Assembly: GCA_964372205.1 (NCBI GenBank)
Contig: CAYJQB010000001.1
Coordinates: forward strand, 13,180-77,179
From: Candidatus Woesearchaeota archaeon
Lineage (GTDB): Archaea > Nanobdellota > Nanobdellia > Pacearchaeales > GW2011-AR1
Length of the DNA stretch: 64,000 nucleotides
Direction of reading: 5' to 3'
The notes beneath the pieces are model-generated. The model was not told the origin of the DNA, searched no databases, and worked only from the letters and a program-made list of their open reading frames with translations. Numbering within the stretch: position 1 is the first letter of the stretch; each line of letters starts with the position of its first letter. The translations under genes were made by a program, and so were the position numbers. This document shows, piece after piece, positions 8,248 through 16,971 of this stretch.

Positions 8248-8397
8248 GTGAAAAACGTTAAAGCATTCATAGGAATTCTATTAATCTTATTGATAGTTTT
8301 AGTTTTCTTTGTACCTCTGGGTTCAGGAATGTTTCCTTATATTTTAGTAGGAGTCATACTTCTAGGTCTTATTTGGAAAGTAGCTAAATGGTTTTAA
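8248..8397 (+). CDS. Small two-helix membrane protein (49 aa)
   Basis: GTG start after a TTATAAA box; MKNVKAFIGILLILLIVLVFFVPLGSGMFPYILVGVILLGLIWKVAKWF*. Confidence 0.7.
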   Translation: MKNVKAFIGILLILLIVLVFFVPLGSGMFPYILVGVILLGLIWKVAKWF

Positions 8398-8440
8398 TCA
8401 ATTTAAAGGATTTATGTGTAAATACTTCGCACAAGATACA

Positions 8441-8471
8441 TTAACTGAACTCAAGAAAAATTCGGGTTAAG
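8441..8471 (+). repeat. Degenerate copy 2 of the conserved site
   Basis: AAATTCGGGTTAAG (8458-8471) has 1 mismatch to the right arm AAGTTCGGGTTAAG; preceded by an inverted degenerate arm TTAACTGAAC. Confidence 0.6.
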
Positions 8472-8724
8472 CAGCAGAGTATTTTCTATCGTAATTTCTA
8501 TCAGCTAGACCTTGTCCAAGACCAAAAGCAAGACTTTCGAAAACACCGCGAGGCCTAGGAATTTGACCTTTCAATTCTCTCTCTTCTTCAACTACCGCAT
8601 TTATACTTGCATCAGACATGAAGAAAATATCTCCATCGTGTCTATGCTCTATATTTGCTTCTCTTCTCCCATTTTGATAAGCTTGTCCTAATCTATCAAC
8701 CCTACATTTTAATCCTTCAAACAT
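8467..8724 (-). CDS. Hypothetical protein
   Basis: 85-aa ATG ORF between site copies 2 and 3. Confidence 0.6.
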   Translation of the reverse strand: MFEGLKCRVDRLGQAYQNGRREANIEHRHDGDIFFMSDASINAVVEEERELKGQIPRPRGVFESLAFGLGQGLADRNYDRKYSAA

Positions 8725-8793
8725 CTTTGAGTTTAACTTATTTTATTATTAAATATTTGTTGACTGGAAAGTATATTTTTTAGTCCACTCTTG

Positions 8794-8855
8794 TGCTAAA
8801 ACTTCCTGCTTTCGCCTAAAACCTCCAACATAACATATAAGTTCGGGTTAAGATA
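8794..8855 (+). repeat. Intergenic conserved site, copy 3
   Basis: TGCTAAAACTTCCTGCTTTCGCCTAAAACCTCCAACAT-AACATAT-AAGTTCGGGTTAAGATA, followed by a TTTAAAAA TATA-like box. Confidence 0.9.
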
Positions 8856-8886
8856 AATTTAAAAAGTTGAATTATTAAGAAACAAG

Positions 8887-9234
8887 ATGGATAATGGAAG
8901 AATCTTTAGAGCAGCAGGTTGTTTTGCCTTAGCAGCAATATCTTTCAAGACTAGCCAAGTTCTTTATAACGATTTCCTCAATATGCTTGCAGCACATAAT
9001 CCAGACACATCCTTAGTTCATCGAAGAGAAAGCCTTCCTCCACACTATATAGAAAAAATGAGTAATCGAGACTCAGACATTAAGGTTGAAATGGCATTAC
9101 GTGACGTGTTCGGAAGTATTGGAACTCTTGCAGCTTCAAGTTACTTAACTGCCCTCGGTGTTAATTTAGCAACCAGTAGGAGAAGATATGCCCCCGAGAG
9201 AGAACACCCAAGCCAAGGTTTAGAAAATTCTTAA
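8887..9234 (+). CDS. Hypothetical protein with two hydrophobic segments
   Basis: 115-aa ORF between site copies 3 and 4. Confidence 0.65.
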   Translation: MDNGRIFRAAGCFALAAISFKTSQVLYNDFLNMLAAHNPDTSLVHRRESLPPHYIEKMSNRDSDIKVEMALRDVFGSIGTLAASSYLTALGVNLATSRRRYAPEREHPSQGLENS

Positions 9235-9240
9235 TTTACA

Positions 9241-9293
9241 CGCAAAAACCTCCAACATCATAGATAAGTTCGGATTAAGATAAATTTAAAAAG
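9241..9293 (+). repeat. Intergenic conserved site, copy 4
   Basis: AAAACCTCCAACAT-CATAGAT-AAGTTCGGATTAAGATAAATTTAAAAAG; shares the downstream TATA segment with copy 3. Confidence 0.9.
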
Positions 9294-9313
9294 ATAAGGT
9301 ATTAAGAAAAAAC

Positions 9314-9736
9314 ATGTCACATCAGATAGGTTCAACGGACAGAGTAACCTTGGAAGGAAGAACTTTCGATGTTGAATTGAGACCCCACCACCGAGGTGAA
9401 ACCTATTCAAAGTGTGAAGTCGACTGCCCGGAGGGATGGCAAATTCCGATTTATTCTCTCTTACAAGGCATGAGAAATAATCCAGAATATAAAGAAAGAT
9501 TTGGTTTACTTATGATCTCCGAGTTTGTCCAAAATCCTGACGAAATCTCAAGACAGAAAGGTCTTGCCGCTTGGTTCTTTGCGAATTCGGCCGGAGCCGG
9601 CCTGAGTTGCTTTAGGGATCCTCAGAACAAAAGTCCTCTGCTCGGGGTACGTTACGCCCGTGAAATTTCTCAAGGACAACCAAATCCCGACAAACCAATA
9701 GATCCAGATGGAACTGGTGATTATCAAACACATTAA
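9314..9736 (+). CDS. Putative C-type-lectin-fold protein resembling DGR target proteins
   Basis: CPEGWQIP motif and C-terminal AAWFFANSAGAGLSCFRDPQNKSPLLGVRYAR. Confidence 0.55.
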   Translation: MSHQIGSTDRVTLEGRTFDVELRPHHRGETYSKCEVDCPEGWQIPIYSLLQGMRNNPEYKERFGLLMISEFVQNPDEISRQKGLAAWFFANSAGAGLSCFRDPQNKSPLLGVRYAREISQGQPNPDKPIDPDGTGDYQTH

Positions 9737-9747
9737 ATCTATAAAAT

Positions 9748-9984
9748 ATGACAAGAAGAAAACCCATAAGAAATCTTTTAGCAATATCTGCAATTGCCTT
9801 AGGAGTTTCTCAACTAGATAACTTCAGACCTGAACTTCACAAAGCATACCAAGAAACGTCTGCAGTAATTAGAGGAGAAAAAACATCTTTCAAAAAAGAG
9901 GACTTCAGTTCGAGAGAAATTCTTGCAGGCACACTTTACACATCAAGTTTATTAGGAGCAATTTATCTAATTACAAGAAAATGA
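9748..9984 (+). CDS. Small hypothetical membrane protein
   Basis: 78 aa with hydrophobic termini; overlaps the next start. Confidence 0.6.
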   Translation: MTRRKPIRNLLAISAIALGVSQLDNFRPELHKAYQETSAVIRGEKTSFKKEDFSSREILAGTLYTSSLLGAIYLITRK

Positions 9985-10340
9985 GTAACTTAAAAAAAAT
10001 AATCGGACTAGGAACGGCATATACTGCATCATTTGCATTTGGATTTGCAAAAGGAATAAGTGCAGAGCAAGGATTTCCAATAACTGATACTCATTTAGAC
10101 GACACTCTAATGGCAGGGGTTCCATTTCTAAGCGCAATTATCGGAGCTAAAACTTTTCCAACACATTCAGACACCGAACGCGAAATGGAAAGATATCATC
10201 AAAGACCAACAGGAATGGAATACGCCCTCATTTCTGGAGAAAGAGCAGTTGGCGCAGGACTTGGCTTCGTCGGTTCTGTAATATCTCTCGGGTTAGGTTA
10301 TACTTTAGGATACACGGGCTCACATATTTTAAATCGTTAG
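9981..10340 (+). CDS. Gly-rich hypothetical membrane protein
   Basis: 119 aa with glycine-zipper-like segments GAGLGFVGSVISLGLGYTLG. Confidence 0.65.
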   Translation: MSNLKKIIGLGTAYTASFAFGFAKGISAEQGFPITDTHLDDTLMAGVPFLSAIIGAKTFPTHSDTEREMERYHQRPTGMEYALISGERAVGAGLGFVGSVISLGLGYTLGYTGSHILNR

Positions 10341-10354
10341 AAATATGAATTAAT

Positions 10355-10684
10355 CTAATCTCCTAACGGCTCAAATCTAAAAGTGTCAATAGTATAATAA
10401 TCTCCGATTCTCGTCCAGGGTGTTTCTATTCTCAAGGATGAACCCAACAAACTCTCTGATTCAAGCTGAGCAATTTGTTTACCAATTTCATCGATTTCTT
10501 CAGGTTCCAGTCTTTTGTTTTGGTTAGTGTCAAACCTTTCCATAACACCTGGCCCATACTCTCCGAGTCTTTGAGCATATTTGTCCCGATTCGAGTCTAA
10601 CGCGTAAGTCACGATTATGGAAGAAGTTAAAGCAGCCACAGCTATAATTCCGTTATTAGCTGTCAGAATTCTCGGTATTTTCAT
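10355..10684 (-). CDS. Membrane-anchored protein with an EF-hand-like loop
   Basis: N-terminal hydrophobic helix; FDTNQNKRLEPEEI matches the DxNxNxxLxxxE pattern. Confidence 0.6.
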   Translation of the reverse strand: MKIPRILTANNGIIAVAALTSSIIVTYALDSNRDKYAQRLGEYGPGVMERFDTNQNKRLEPEEIDEIGKQIAQLESESLLGSSLRIETPWTRIGDYYTIDTFRFEPLGD

Positions 10685-10718
10685 GGATTGTTTTAAGATG
10701 AGAAGTTTTTAACGATTT

Positions 10719-11153
10719 CTATGCAACAGCGCCAGCCAATCCAAAGTTAGAATCTTCACAGTCCTCCTCGTTTCTCCTTGCCATGATTTTTCTTAATCTT
10801 TTAGACATGTTCTTCTTTCTTATAGCCCTGTTACATCCTTCTACAAAGCAATGATAATCTGTAATTGTTGCAGGAATTGTATTTGAACGTTCTGGCTCAA
10901 TTTCCGCACCGTTGGCGCCCAAATCATAGACTCGTCCATTCACTGGAAGAGTTTCAATTTCTATTCTATCGTGTTCACCAAGAATTTTCCTTTTAATCAT
11001 TCGCTCACCCAAAGCAAGAGCAGAGCCATTTGGATCCTCATAGGTTTTTCCGTTAACCAAGCAATAAGCAACTCTTCTATCAGCTAATCCAAGATTTTCA
11101 GAAGGAACACGTTCAAAATAAAGAAGCACTCTGCGAGATTTATCGCGCCCCAT
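10719..11153 (-). CDS. Hypothetical protein
   Basis: 144-aa ATG ORF; no motif recognised. Confidence 0.6.
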   Translation of the reverse strand: MGRDKSRRVLLYFERVPSENLGLADRRVAYCLVNGKTYEDPNGSALALGERMIKRKILGEHDRIEIETLPVNGRVYDLGANGAEIEPERSNTIPATITDYHCFVEGCNRAIRKKNMSKRLRKIMARRNEEDCEDSNFGLAGAVA

Positions 11154-11203
11154 TTTAATAACCTTCAGAAATCTACATTTTTAATGATATCGGTGCTGTA
11201 AAA

Positions 11204-12811
11204 CTATTTCCTAACAAAATCCCTAAGGACTTTCAAAACTTCTTCTCTTTTTGAAGGAAGGAATGTAATGCTTCCTGCATTTTTATGCCCTCCACCGTCG
11301 GCAAAAGAGTCTTTCACTTTTTTGTTAATCTCTTTTATAAGTTCATGAACTGAAAAGTCTGCCTTGTCTGTAGCACGGATTGTTATAGCAGTGTTCATTA
11401 CTCCGACAGTAACAACCGCATCAAGTTTTTTATCTTTTTGAATAAAATCGTGCACAAGTCCAACCGCTCTTCCAGGTTTAGGAAAGAATCCAAATCCAGG
11501 AAACGTTTTGTCTATGTCTATTAATTGAAGAGTAACCCTTCCAAGCTTTTCAATTTGTGCCCCAGATTTTGCGATTTCAAGTCCCTTCTTATCTAGCTCA
11601 TTTATATATGGTGCCATAAGTTCGACAAGCTTCTTTTGTTGAGCTCTTGGTTCTCCAAAAATTATTTCTATATATTCTCTAGCTTCCATGAATTTCAATT
11701 TGGCAGAAACAAAATCTATCACCGTCGCTATATTTCCCAAAAGTTCTTTTGAATATCCCATCTCCTTTGCAAGTTTCAAATACTGATTTACAGCATCAGA
11801 GTTCAGTAAATCAATTCTGTCTGCAATTCCAGCCATCGCTGCTATCTGTTCAATATTTTCTACTTCGTAAATCATTCTAGCAAGTTCTGCGCACAACATT
11901 CCTGCAGAGAATTTTTGTCCATCTTCTCCAACTAGAAAAGGATTGACGTGTACAAGCACCTCACCACTAATAACATCCTCATCAAAATAGTGATGGTCTA
12001 TAACTATGAAATCCATCCCATGAACTTTTCCCTGTTTTATTCCCATTAAGTCTTCAGAGCTAGATCCGTTGTCAGCAATAACAACCAGGGGCATTTTATT
12101 TGAGAATTTTGCAACGTTCCTTAAAGAATTTGCAGTATCTCTTATAGAATCATCTATTTCATAGAAAGGTGCAGAGCAAGGAGCTCTTGTGTAAAACTCC
12201 CAAGCGCTTTTTCCTCCTCCGTGTTGCTGTTCTACTAATGGAATAATCGCTTTTTCAAGAGAATATCCTGCAGAATATCCATCGGCGTCGTTGTGATGTC
12301 TTACAATTATCGGGCGATTTTGCATTACTGCTAGTTTAATTTCCATTGCAGCCTTCATCATACTAGGTCTTAACTTATCTAATATTTCGCTGTCTATCAT
12401 AAATTCAACATCTCTTGCCTTAGATCTTTCACGCAATATATCTTGCATTTTTTCAGACAAAATTTCTTTTTCTTCAGAAGACAATTTTTTCATAGAAATT
12501 ATCTCGCCTTCCAAAGCATTGTTATATTCATTGATTTTAACCTTTGCAGAAATATAATCTTCAGCATTCACTTCAGGATAGGATCTCTCCCCCGGCTTGC
12601 TTGCAAATCCTTTGAGCATGAAGCTTGCAGTTCCATCACTGACAGAGAATAATGTAGGTCCAGAAGTCTGACTAACACTGTCAGTAACACACTCAAGCAG
12701 TAATACTTTTCCGATAGAGTTCCTGTCTATTTTGTCAAGAGTGCTCGATTTTGCTTCCTGGCCAGGTCTAGGCCTGAAATTTTGATTTTTCTTTTTTTGA
12801 TTCATTTTCAT
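11204..12811 (-). CDS. Archaeal RecJ-like DHH/DHHA1 nuclease with N-terminal OB fold
   Basis: RHHNDADG, DNGS, DHH, GGGH motifs; QTSGPTLFSVSDG OB-fold segment. Confidence 0.85.
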   Translation of the reverse strand: MKMNQKKKNQNFRPRPGQEAKSSTLDKIDRNSIGKVLLLECVTDSVSQTSGPTLFSVSDGTASFMLKGFASKPGERSYPEVNAEDYISAKVKINEYNNALEGEIISMKKLSSEEKEILSEKMQDILRERSKARDVEFMIDSEILDKLRPSMMKAAMEIKLAVMQNRPIIVRHHNDADGYSAGYSLEKAIIPLVEQQHGGGKSAWEFYTRAPCSAPFYEIDDSIRDTANSLRNVAKFSNKMPLVVIADNGSSSEDLMGIKQGKVHGMDFIVIDHHYFDEDVISGEVLVHVNPFLVGEDGQKFSAGMLCAELARMIYEVENIEQIAAMAGIADRIDLLNSDAVNQYLKLAKEMGYSKELLGNIATVIDFVSAKLKFMEAREYIEIIFGEPRAQQKKLVELMAPYINELDKKGLEIAKSGAQIEKLGRVTLQLIDIDKTFPGFGFFPKPGRAVGLVHDFIQKDKKLDAVVTVGVMNTAITIRATDKADFSVHELIKEINKKVKDSFADGGGHKNAGSITFLPSKREEVLKVLRDFVRK

Positions 12812-12894
12812 TCTAATAACTACCTCATTAAAAATCTTTGTAAGATTCTTTTCTAATATACGAAATAATAAAAAAATAAATTTTTTATGCTAAT

Positions 12895-13089
12895 TTAATA
12901 GCCTCGCTTTTTCTTAAAGCAGTCCCTACAGTAAACTGGTTTTCCTTCTGTTGGTTTAAAAGGAACTTCACATTCCTGTTTACATTCGGCACAGATTGCT
13001 TTATGCATTTCTCTAGGTTTAAATGGTCCAGAATTTCTTCTGAAGCCGTTTCCACCTTGGTGTCTTGGTCCGTCAAATTGTCTATCCAT
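12895..13089 (-). CDS. CxxC-x17-CxxC zinc-binding protein
   Basis: CAECKQECEVPFKPTEGKPVYCRDC. Confidence 0.85.
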   Translation of the reverse strand: MDRQFDGPRHQGGNGFRRNSGPFKPREMHKAICAECKQECEVPFKPTEGKPVYCRDCFKKKRGY

Positions 13090-13116
13090 GTTTCCTCCCT
13101 TATATTTTATTAAGCA

Positions 13117-13563
13117 TTATTTAGAATTAGGCTCAATCTCCACTACCTTTATTTTAAAAATAAGTGCCTTTCCTGCCAAAGGGTGATTTAAGTCTACAGT
13201 TACTTCTGTTTCACTAACTTCTACTATCTTCACAGGAAACTGCCTTCCATCAGGACTCTGTAAAACTAACATCATTCCCTTCTCAGGTTCTCTGTCCTTT
13301 GGAAGAGCTTCTCTAGGGATTTTTTGGACCAAATCATCTTTAATCTCCCCATAGGCTTCTTCAGCAGAAAGCTTGAATTCTTTCTCTTCTCCAAGCTCCA
13401 TGCCCTCAATTGCCTTTTCAAAACCATTTATAACCTGGCCATTTCCTGCAACAAATTCAAGAGGATGAGAATGGTCTCCATGCGTAGATGAATCAAAAAC
13501 AGTGCCGTCTTCCAGCTTCCCTTCGTATTCTACTTTTACTTTATTTCCTTTCGCAACTTTCAT
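13117..13563 (-). CDS. slyD: FKBP-type peptidyl-prolyl isomerase, SlyD-like
   Basis: YEGKLEDGTVFDSS, GQVINGFE, AYG, VDLNHPLAGKAL. Confidence 0.9.
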   Translation of the reverse strand: MKVAKGNKVKVEYEGKLEDGTVFDSSTHGDHSHPLEFVAGNGQVINGFEKAIEGMELGEEKEFKLSAEEAYGEIKDDLVQKIPREALPKDREPEKGMMLVLQSPDGRQFPVKIVEVSETEVTVDLNHPLAGKALIFKIKVVEIEPNSK

Positions 13564-13675
13564 TCTTACTAAGAATAAGCCTTCTTATTCTCTCACAATG
13601 CCAAAAAACAGGCTTATTTAAGTGTTTGCATTAAGAAAACGTAGCCTTTAATTAATCTAAAATACTCAGAAAGCC

Positions 13676-14800
13676 ATGAACTCAAAAATCTTATTTGTCT
13701 CTGCAGGAGGGATTTTGGTGATAGCAATAATTTTCTCCTTTTTGATATCTTCAGTAAATTCTTCCCCAGATTCTTCAGATTCTGCAAATTTAGAAGCTTG
13801 TCAAACGCTTTATTACAATGGAGATGACAGAATCAACCTTCTCTTTTTCGGAAATTCTAGACGAGTCAAGGAGTATGCAGATTTCCTTCTATCTTCGGAA
13901 CCCTTTGCAGAAAAGAGAGAATCTTTCAATGTTTACTATATAGATGAAAAAGACTATACCCCTGATTGTGGCAAGCTGTACAAGGGTGTAGCAGTTCTTT
14001 GTCATTCGAAAGATTTGATAAAAAAAGCAGCATCTTGTCCGAATGATTACATCTTCGTTCTAAAAGAAGCAGACCCTGAAATAAGGAGCACAGCCTATCA
14101 ACAAGTAGCAACACTTAACACTAATGTTCTTTCTACAGTCATCCTACATGAGTTTGGGCATCTTTTTGCAAATCTTGCCGAAGAATACGTTCCAGCAAGG
14201 CTATCTCCTTCTGCACAAAATTGTCAGGCGGAATGTGCAGATTTTGAACTTTCGGATGGTTGCTTCGAAGGATGCTCAAGAACAAACTATTACAGGTCAA
14301 TAGAAAATGGAGTTATGAAATCTTTGTTATCGAAAGACTTCGGAAAACTAAACAACAATCTAATAAGTAAAAAGATCACAGAAAACCAAAAAGCATCTCT
14401 AACGGGGCTGGCGATATCAGATGTTGATTATTGCAATGAAGAAGAATATCTCTTGATAGAAGGAGTCGTTGAGTACGGGCAGGTAACCATTACAGAAAAA
14501 ACCCTGGAAAATGGATGTTTAGGTTCAAACGGTGAAGGCTACGAAAAATATCAACTAATTTCTCCAGAAGGTTCAATTATATTTGAAGGAAGAACTCAAA
14601 TTAATCAGATTTTTACAGATACACAGTTGGATGGCGATTCACAGATTACTGGAGAGATATTTGTTGCAGACGATCAACAGGTATTCTTTAGAATACCTTC
14701 AGACACGGGCGCAGAAATAATCAACTTCATTGATGAATCAGGAAATTCAATTGGTAAAACAAATTTATTTGATATTGGGGGAAGAGCATGTCAAATTTGA
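13676..14800 (+). CDS. Membrane-anchored/secreted zinc metallopeptidase (M64-like)
   Basis: N-terminal TM helix; ILHEFGHLFANLAEEY zinc motif; Cys-rich. Confidence 0.7.
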   Translation: MNSKILFVSAGGILVIAIIFSFLISSVNSSPDSSDSANLEACQTLYYNGDDRINLLFFGNSRRVKEYADFLLSSEPFAEKRESFNVYYIDEKDYTPDCGKLYKGVAVLCHSKDLIKKAASCPNDYIFVLKEADPEIRSTAYQQVATLNTNVLSTVILHEFGHLFANLAEEYVPARLSPSAQNCQAECADFELSDGCFEGCSRTNYYRSIENGVMKSLLSKDFGKLNNNLISKKITENQKASLTGLAISDVDYCNEEEYLLIEGVVEYGQVTITEKTLENGCLGSNGEGYEKYQLISPEGSIIFEGRTQINQIFTDTQLDGDSQITGEIFVADDQQVFFRIPSDTGAEIINFIDESGNSIGKTNLFDIGGRACQI

Positions 14801-15228
14801 ACAGGAGGGGAGTCTCAAACCTAGTTGCTGCAGTAGTTTTAATTCTTGTAGGAATAGTTTCTGTAACTATCGTTTTCATATCTCTCAACTCATTTGCTGC
14901 AAAACTATCTCCACAATTATCCTGTACGGAATTGGAAATAAAGAACAGTCTAAGAATCGAATCAGCCTGCTACAATTCTTTGTCGAACGAGATAGAGATA
15001 ATAGTAGACAGAGGCATTCAAGATGATGTCTCAATAGTCAGGCTTGAATTCACAGGAGCAGGACTTGACTGGCTATGTGGAGGATCTTGCAGTTCAGATT
15101 GTAATGTTCTCGAGACAGGAAGCTCAAAAAAATATTATCTTTCGCTGGAAGGAAGAAGTCTTCCAGAGGAGATTGTGTTAGCAGTCAATGGCTGTAGCTT
15201 AGTTTCTTCAAAAATAGATATCTGCTAG
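14788..15228 (+). CDS. Archaeal pilin-like protein (class III signal peptide)
   Basis: RRG|VSNLVAAVVLILVGIVSV cleavage motif plus hydrophobic helix. Confidence 0.75.
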   Translation: MSNLNRRGVSNLVAAVVLILVGIVSVTIVFISLNSFAAKLSPQLSCTELEIKNSLRIESACYNSLSNEIEIIVDRGIQDDVSIVRLEFTGAGLDWLCGGSCSSDCNVLETGSSKKYYLSLEGRSLPEEIVLAVNGCSLVSSKIDIC

Positions 15229-15291
15229 GAGAACCCTTTTAACCACAAATCTTTAAATAAACACCCAATTAAGTTAATAAAAGAGGAAAAA

Positions 15292-16107
15292 ATGCAGGTC
15301 TTAGAAAAGCTAAAATCAGAGTTGAAGTTAAGGGGTTTCTCTCCCATGACTGTTCGCAACTATGCTTTTTTTGTGGACAAATTTATGAAATTCTCTAATA
15401 AAGACCCTACAGAATTAACAGAAGACGACGCAAAACTTTATCTCTCAGAGTTGTTCGAAACAAAATCAAAGAATACTATTATGCTTGCTGCAGCCGCGTT
15501 AAAATTCTTTTTTGGAGAAATACTAAAAAAGGATTTTTCAGGAGTAAAAGTTCCAAAAAAAGATAAGAAGCTTCCAGAAGTTCTTACAAGGGATGAGGTG
15601 AAAAAACTAATTGATTCAACAGATACAAAAAAATCGAAATTGATAATCTCTCTTTTATATTCCTCTGGGCTTAGAGTCTCAGAAATTGTAAGTCTGAAAC
15701 CTAGCGATATAGATTTTGAAGAAAATGTCGGATGGGTAAGAAAAGGAAAAGGATCAAAGGATAGAGTGTTTGTTCTAGCAGATTCATTATCAAAAGAAAT
15801 AACGGATTATATGAAAAAAAGAGCTGACAACAAATATGTCTTCTCAAAAAATCAACCACTCACTACAAGAAATATTCAAAAAATAGTTAAAAATGTTAGA
15901 GAGAAAGCAGGGATTTCAAAAAAGATTACTCCTCACACACTAAGACACAGCTTCGCAACTCATCTTTTGGAGGGCGGGACGGATATTAGGCTGATTCAGA
16001 CTCTTCTAGGACACTCTTCACTAAACACCACTCAGATATACACGCACGTGTCATCTGACCAATTGAAGAAGGTTGCGAATCCTTACGATTCTCTCACGAC
16101 TAAATAA
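15292..16107 (+). CDS. xerA: Tyrosine recombinase XerA
   Basis: LKLRGFSPMT N-terminal domain, SGLRVSE, GKGSKDR, TPHTLRHSFATHLL, LGH, TTQIY; full R-K-H-R-H-Y catalytic set. Confidence 0.88.
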   Translation: MQVLEKLKSELKLRGFSPMTVRNYAFFVDKFMKFSNKDPTELTEDDAKLYLSELFETKSKNTIMLAAAALKFFFGEILKKDFSGVKVPKKDKKLPEVLTRDEVKKLIDSTDTKKSKLIISLLYSSGLRVSEIVSLKPSDIDFEENVGWVRKGKGSKDRVFVLADSLSKEITDYMKKRADNKYVFSKNQPLTTRNIQKIVKNVREKAGISKKITPHTLRHSFATHLLEGGTDIRLIQTLLGHSSLNTTQIYTHVSSDQLKKVANPYDSLTTK

Positions 16108-16158
16108 TTTTTAACAAATTTTCTAAAAATTTAGTTTTTTAAAATAAAAATTAGATAT

Positions 16159-16569
16159 CTATCTGTAAGAAGTCTGTCTTTTAGCTCTTGCCTTAGAATC
16201 TCCAGGTTTGTAAGCTTCCTTTCTTCTTTTATCTGCAACAAGAATATTTCTGTCATATTCTATGAAAGCTTTCTTCAATTCCGAAGAGTTTGTAAACAAA
16301 ACAAGTGCCTTTGCAATTCCTTGCCTTCCAGCTTCCACTTGTGCTTCCTTGCCACCGCCAGAAGCATGTATTTGAACATCAAATTTGAAATCACCTAAAA
16401 TCTTTTTACCTATCTCAACAGGTTCTTGGAGAGCCAATCTGTGGAATATTCCAAGATTTTCATAAGGCAGACCATTGTAAATTATTTTTCCATTTCCTTC
16501 AGATAATCTTACTTTAGCAACTGCAGTTTTTCTTCTTCCTGAAGTGAAAATTATTTTTTCTTTATTCAT
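16159..16569 (-). CDS. rps9: 30S ribosomal protein uS9
   Basis: SGRRKTAVA...GGG...ARAKRQTSYR. Confidence 0.95.
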   Translation of the reverse strand: MNKEKIIFTSGRRKTAVAKVRLSEGNGKIIYNGLPYENLGIFHRLALQEPVEIGKKILGDFKFDVQIHASGGGKEAQVEAGRQGIAKALVLFTNSSELKKAFIEYDRNILVADKRRKEAYKPGDSKARAKRQTSYR

Positions 16570-16971
16570 TTAAATCTCCTTGCTTAACTTACCAAGTTTA
16601 ATTGTTTTAGTTTTCTTTTCCTTTCCAGCAAGTATCTTTTTAACATCTTTAAATTCATCAGGAGTCTGGTTGTAACATCTAACTCTCTTTAAAGCAGACA
16701 ACCCTCTCGCTTGCCTATGGGATAGCATTCCTCTTATAGTTCTCTTAAGAATTTTTTCAGGACTTTTATGAAGATAAGGTCCTTGTAAGTTTGCGCTGCC
16801 AAGAGTTCTCGTATACTGATATTCCTCAATGGTTGTTCTTGGGTTACCGGTAATGATAGCTTCCTCACAATTCACAATAGTTACTTTTTTACCAAGCAAA
16901 GCTTGTTTAGCAGCGTAACTAGCCAATCTTCCCAACACTGCTCCACTAGCATCAATAACTAAATCTTTCAT
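16570..16971 (-). CDS. rpl13: 50S ribosomal protein uL13
   Basis: IDASGAVLGRLASYAAK...RTIRGML. Confidence 0.95.
   Translation of the reverse strand: MKDLVIDASGAVLGRLASYAAKQALLGKKVTIVNCEEAIITGNPRTTIEEYQYTRTLGSANLQGPYLHKSPEKILKRTIRGMLSHRQARGLSALKRVRCYNQTPDEFKDVKKILAGKEKKTKTIKLGKLSKEI

Noticed and set aside
1..8400. Strand-skew switch marking an origin or terminus at the repeat locus
   Set aside because: The plus strand looks C-rich on both sides by eye; I cannot demonstrate an inflection without computing skew over the whole chromosome.
8146..9293. CRISPR array interpretation of the repeated intergenic site
   Set aside because: Copies are hundreds of bp apart, separated by whole genes, vary internally, and no cas genes are present.
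15292..16107. Integron integrase or provirus integrase
   Set aside because: At 271 aa it shows no IntI-specific insertion that I can see, sits among core genes with no att duplication or viral genes, and matches chromosomal XerA.
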